Shown here: positions 61,198 to 64,000 of the stretch, in pieces | How the letters are laid out: the number at the start of each line of letters is the position of its first letter | Position numbering within the stretch: position 1 is the stretch's first letter | DNA from: Yuukianura sp. NJ FZ-2021 | Taxonomy: Eukaryota | Length of the DNA stretch: 64,000 nucleotides | Assembly (NCBI GenBank): GCA_046563655.1 | Contig: CM102286.1 | Span: 2,604,001 to 2,668,000 of the forward strand | Direction: 5' to 3' | Position numbers and translations under genes: made by a program | The notes under the pieces: generated by a model | What the model was told of the DNA's origin: nothing | The model's input: only the letters and a program-made list of their open reading frames with translations | Databases searched by the model: none

Positions 61198-61940
61198 ATG
61201 ATCAAGGCCGCCATTCTCCTCGCCATTGTAGCAGTTGCTGCTGCCCAGCACTATATTACCTATACGGATACCGGTATTGACTATACATACACCAAGGATG
61301 AGCCAAATTTGCCACACAACAGTACCACTATGGCTTGCAAAACCGGAGTGTAAGTTACACAAAACCCAACCTAGCTAGCTAGGCCTAGGTTGACAATTTT
61401 CAAATTTTGGAATTTGAATTTTATATTTTGAATTTATGAAATTGCAGTTGGTTAGCCTACATGATGCCCGACTATGGACAAATCTGGGTTGAGATCTTTC
61501 CAGAAATTGAGTATTCATGCCGCGAACCATTCTCTGCATACACCGGATCTACCCGGTTTGCCGGTCTTGAGGCTGGCTACGCCCTTCCATCCGCCACCTT
61601 GTTCGGAAGCAGAGACATGGGCGGGGACAAGACTGTTGTTGGAGCTGAAGGTCTGGCATCCATTAGTCAACGAATCTCGTCCATTGTCACTGTCAACACC
61701 CAAGTCGAACTTTTCCAAGAACCCGACTTCGGTGGATCAGCGTTGTGCCTTGACTTGAATCCATTCTGTGAAAATGGCGTTTGTTGGTCCTGGGCTCTTT
61801 ACATAATTGACTACCCATGGGATATCACCAGGGCCAAATCTGCCAAAATCGGATGCTCCGCTGGAGTCCCGGTTGTCCAGGCCAACTCTGGCAATTTCTC
61901 CACCGTTAACGTTTTCTCAAATCAACATCGATTAGTTTGA
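61198..61940 (+). CDS. Secreted beta/gamma-crystallin-like protein, copy 2
   Basis: Same signal peptide and intron; WLAYMMPDYG, ISSIV, VELFQEPDFGG and KSAKIGC. Confidence 0.72.
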
Positions 61941-62444
61941 ATATTTCAATCACACTGTCGTATGAGATGGAGTTTTGAGGAAAAGTGAAAGCTTTTCATC
62001 AAAACATTGAGGAACGAGACATTGTATTTCTTTTTTTTTCCTAAACTGATCGCATACGCTTTGGGTTGCAACCGAAACGAAAGGAAATGGAATATTGCAA
62101 AATCGAAAATAAAAATTGATCCTTCACCAAATTTTGCGACCTCATCTAAATTTTTTAGTAAAAGTGAAAGATTAAAGTAAAATGTTTTTGACATATTAAA
62201 AAATAAACGTGATTTTACAATGGACCCAATTCTGTTGTACTCCAACCAGAATTTTCAGTGATTAAGTGATAAATTGCAAACTGAGCATAGGATAAAGCAT
62301 AGAAACTAAAGCCACGTAGGACAAACTGATTAGTAGACTGATTAGTTTTTATCACAATGCGAAATTTTTATCAGAAAAATTGAAATTGGATTTGCAGTAA
62401 AAATTTTTTAGTTGGAATTGGAAATCAACTGGAATCCGTTCACT

Positions 62445-63172
62445 ATGCTCAAGGCCATAATTTTTCTTGCCGTTGTGGCTGTCGCCGCTGCGCAAACTCC
62501 GCACAAGCTCGAAATAACCCATGGTGGCGTGGTTGCTACATACGATGCAAACCAGGAAAAGTTGACCCTCACCGACGTCACGGAAATTTGCAATACCGGG
62601 GTGTAAGTTTGACACAAAAAATTCAATTTCCCTTTAAACCATTTGTTTTTTGACTAACTGTGAAATTTTATTTGATGAATTTGAAACTTCCCAGTTGGGT
62701 AGTGTACACTGGTGAGAACTACGGAGGGTTTTTGGCAGAAATTTTTCCAAAGCTTACACAGCCCTGCCAGCGTCCATACGCTGAAAATGTTGGTTCCGCC
62801 AGAATGGTCGGCATCAAAGACGATTCCGCTGCACCATCCGCAACATTGTTCAGTTTAGTGGATTTGGGCGGAGGTTCACTGGTTGTTGGACCCAGTGGAG
62901 TTGAAGTAATAAATCAAAGAATCCAGTCAATTGTCACTATCAACACAAATGTGGAGCTGTACGAAGAAGAGAAGTTCGAAGGCCGATTCGAATGCCTTAA
63001 CTTGACTCCACTTTGCAGCGACATGGGAGTGTGCTGGACATGGGCTATCAATCCTGCAGCTTATGCCTGGGACATCACCAATGCCAAATCTGCAAAAATC
63101 GGAACATGCACACCAACAGTCCAAGGTGGCAAGCCGATTGGTAACAGCGTCTCTACCAGCAAAATTTTGTAA
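62445..63172 (+). CDS. Secreted beta/gamma-crystallin-like protein, copy 3
   Basis: WVVYTGENYGG, VGSAR, IQSIV, VELYEEEKFEG and KSAKIG. Confidence 0.72.
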
Positions 63173-63685
63173 ATAAACTCAAACGTTCAAACGTAACCGT
63201 GTTTGATGTGCGACTAGATTTGTAAAAAAAGAATTTTCTTAACACAACTTTCTCTAAAACAGAAAAAATCTTATTTTTTCAAAGGCTCCATACGATTTTG
63301 TATTGTAAAAAAATTGGTACAAATTTGGTAAAATTGGACATTTGATTGATAAATGGTAAATTTGTAATTCAAAAATAAATATCCATGATACGATTCTACT
63401 AATCAACTCCAGTTTTTTGAAAAGTTGACACATTATGAAAATACTAAAGTTACAATTAGCTTGCTTTTTTTTGAAAATGCTATAATTATGTATGACACAA
63501 TTAGTCATGTATTGATATCAGTTACAAAGCAATCTCGTGTAAGTGTTACTGATAGATTTTGAAAAATGTCAATTTTAATCTAAAACTTGATAATTCAACG
63601 ACCAGGTAATTGCAGTAGTAATTTCGACTCGGAAAAAATTTCATTTCAATTTCAATTACGAACACTCCGCTTCATCACGTTCAAC

Positions 63686-64000
63686 ATGCTGAAGTACGCC
63701 ATTTTCGCTTTTGCCATTTTGGCAGTTGCTTCTGCGCAAGCTACTCCGCAAATTAATATCACTGATGCTCGTCTATTATATTTTCACAACGACGATCAGC
63801 CTGCATTGCCTTACAAAGACGTCAGCCAAGTTTGCAAAACTGGAGTGTAAGTTTAAAATTCAAAAATTATTGTTTCAAAAATACTTTGGATTACTACAGG
63901 TTTTGAAATGTTAAAAATTTTCAGATGGATCGTTTACACTGGACAGAACTATGTTGGTGCTACAGTCGAAATTTTTCCAGACGTGAACACGACATGCCAC
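63686..64000 (+). CDS. Secreted beta/gamma-crystallin-like protein, copy 4 (runs off the window end)
   Basis: Signal peptide, then VCKTGV|WIVYTGQNYVGATVEIFP. Confidence 0.7.

Noticed and set aside
1..64000. tRNA, rRNA, CRISPR arrays or prokaryotic operons
   Set aside because: None recognised by eye; a covariance-model scan would be needed to exclude small ncRNAs.

Overview
AT-rich eukaryotic genomic DNA with compact genes and short GT-AG introns (mostly 55-110 nt). The gene content points to an arthropod, and a springtail-like hexapod is my inference only. In order, the window holds: the 3' end of a class-1 semaphorin; a 3-exon ETH-like PRXamide neuropeptide precursor; a Cys-rich secreted protein; a Ser-rich orphan; a decayed SDR (L-xylulose-reductase-like) pseudogene missing from the ORF track; two tandem genes with intronless CDS encoding a death-domain-like N-terminus, acidic linker, glycine zipper and C-terminal J-domain (the second has lost its J-domain); a Harbinger-like non-autonomous element; two microbial/fungal-type bestrophin channels carrying introns; NANP-like HAD phosphatase with neurochondrin nested in its first intron on the same strand; a BTB + CHDNT + acidic protein; a hAT-type MITE; a GRIP golgin; proline iminopeptidase; three DUF229 genes; a GR-like chemoreceptor; a small 4-TM protein; SAP30BP; DNAJC9; a scramblase-like gene; and at least four secreted beta/gamma-crystallin-like genes. 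The most unusual part is the rearranged 7-17.5 kb block. All calls come from manual reading and motif recall, with no database searches run.
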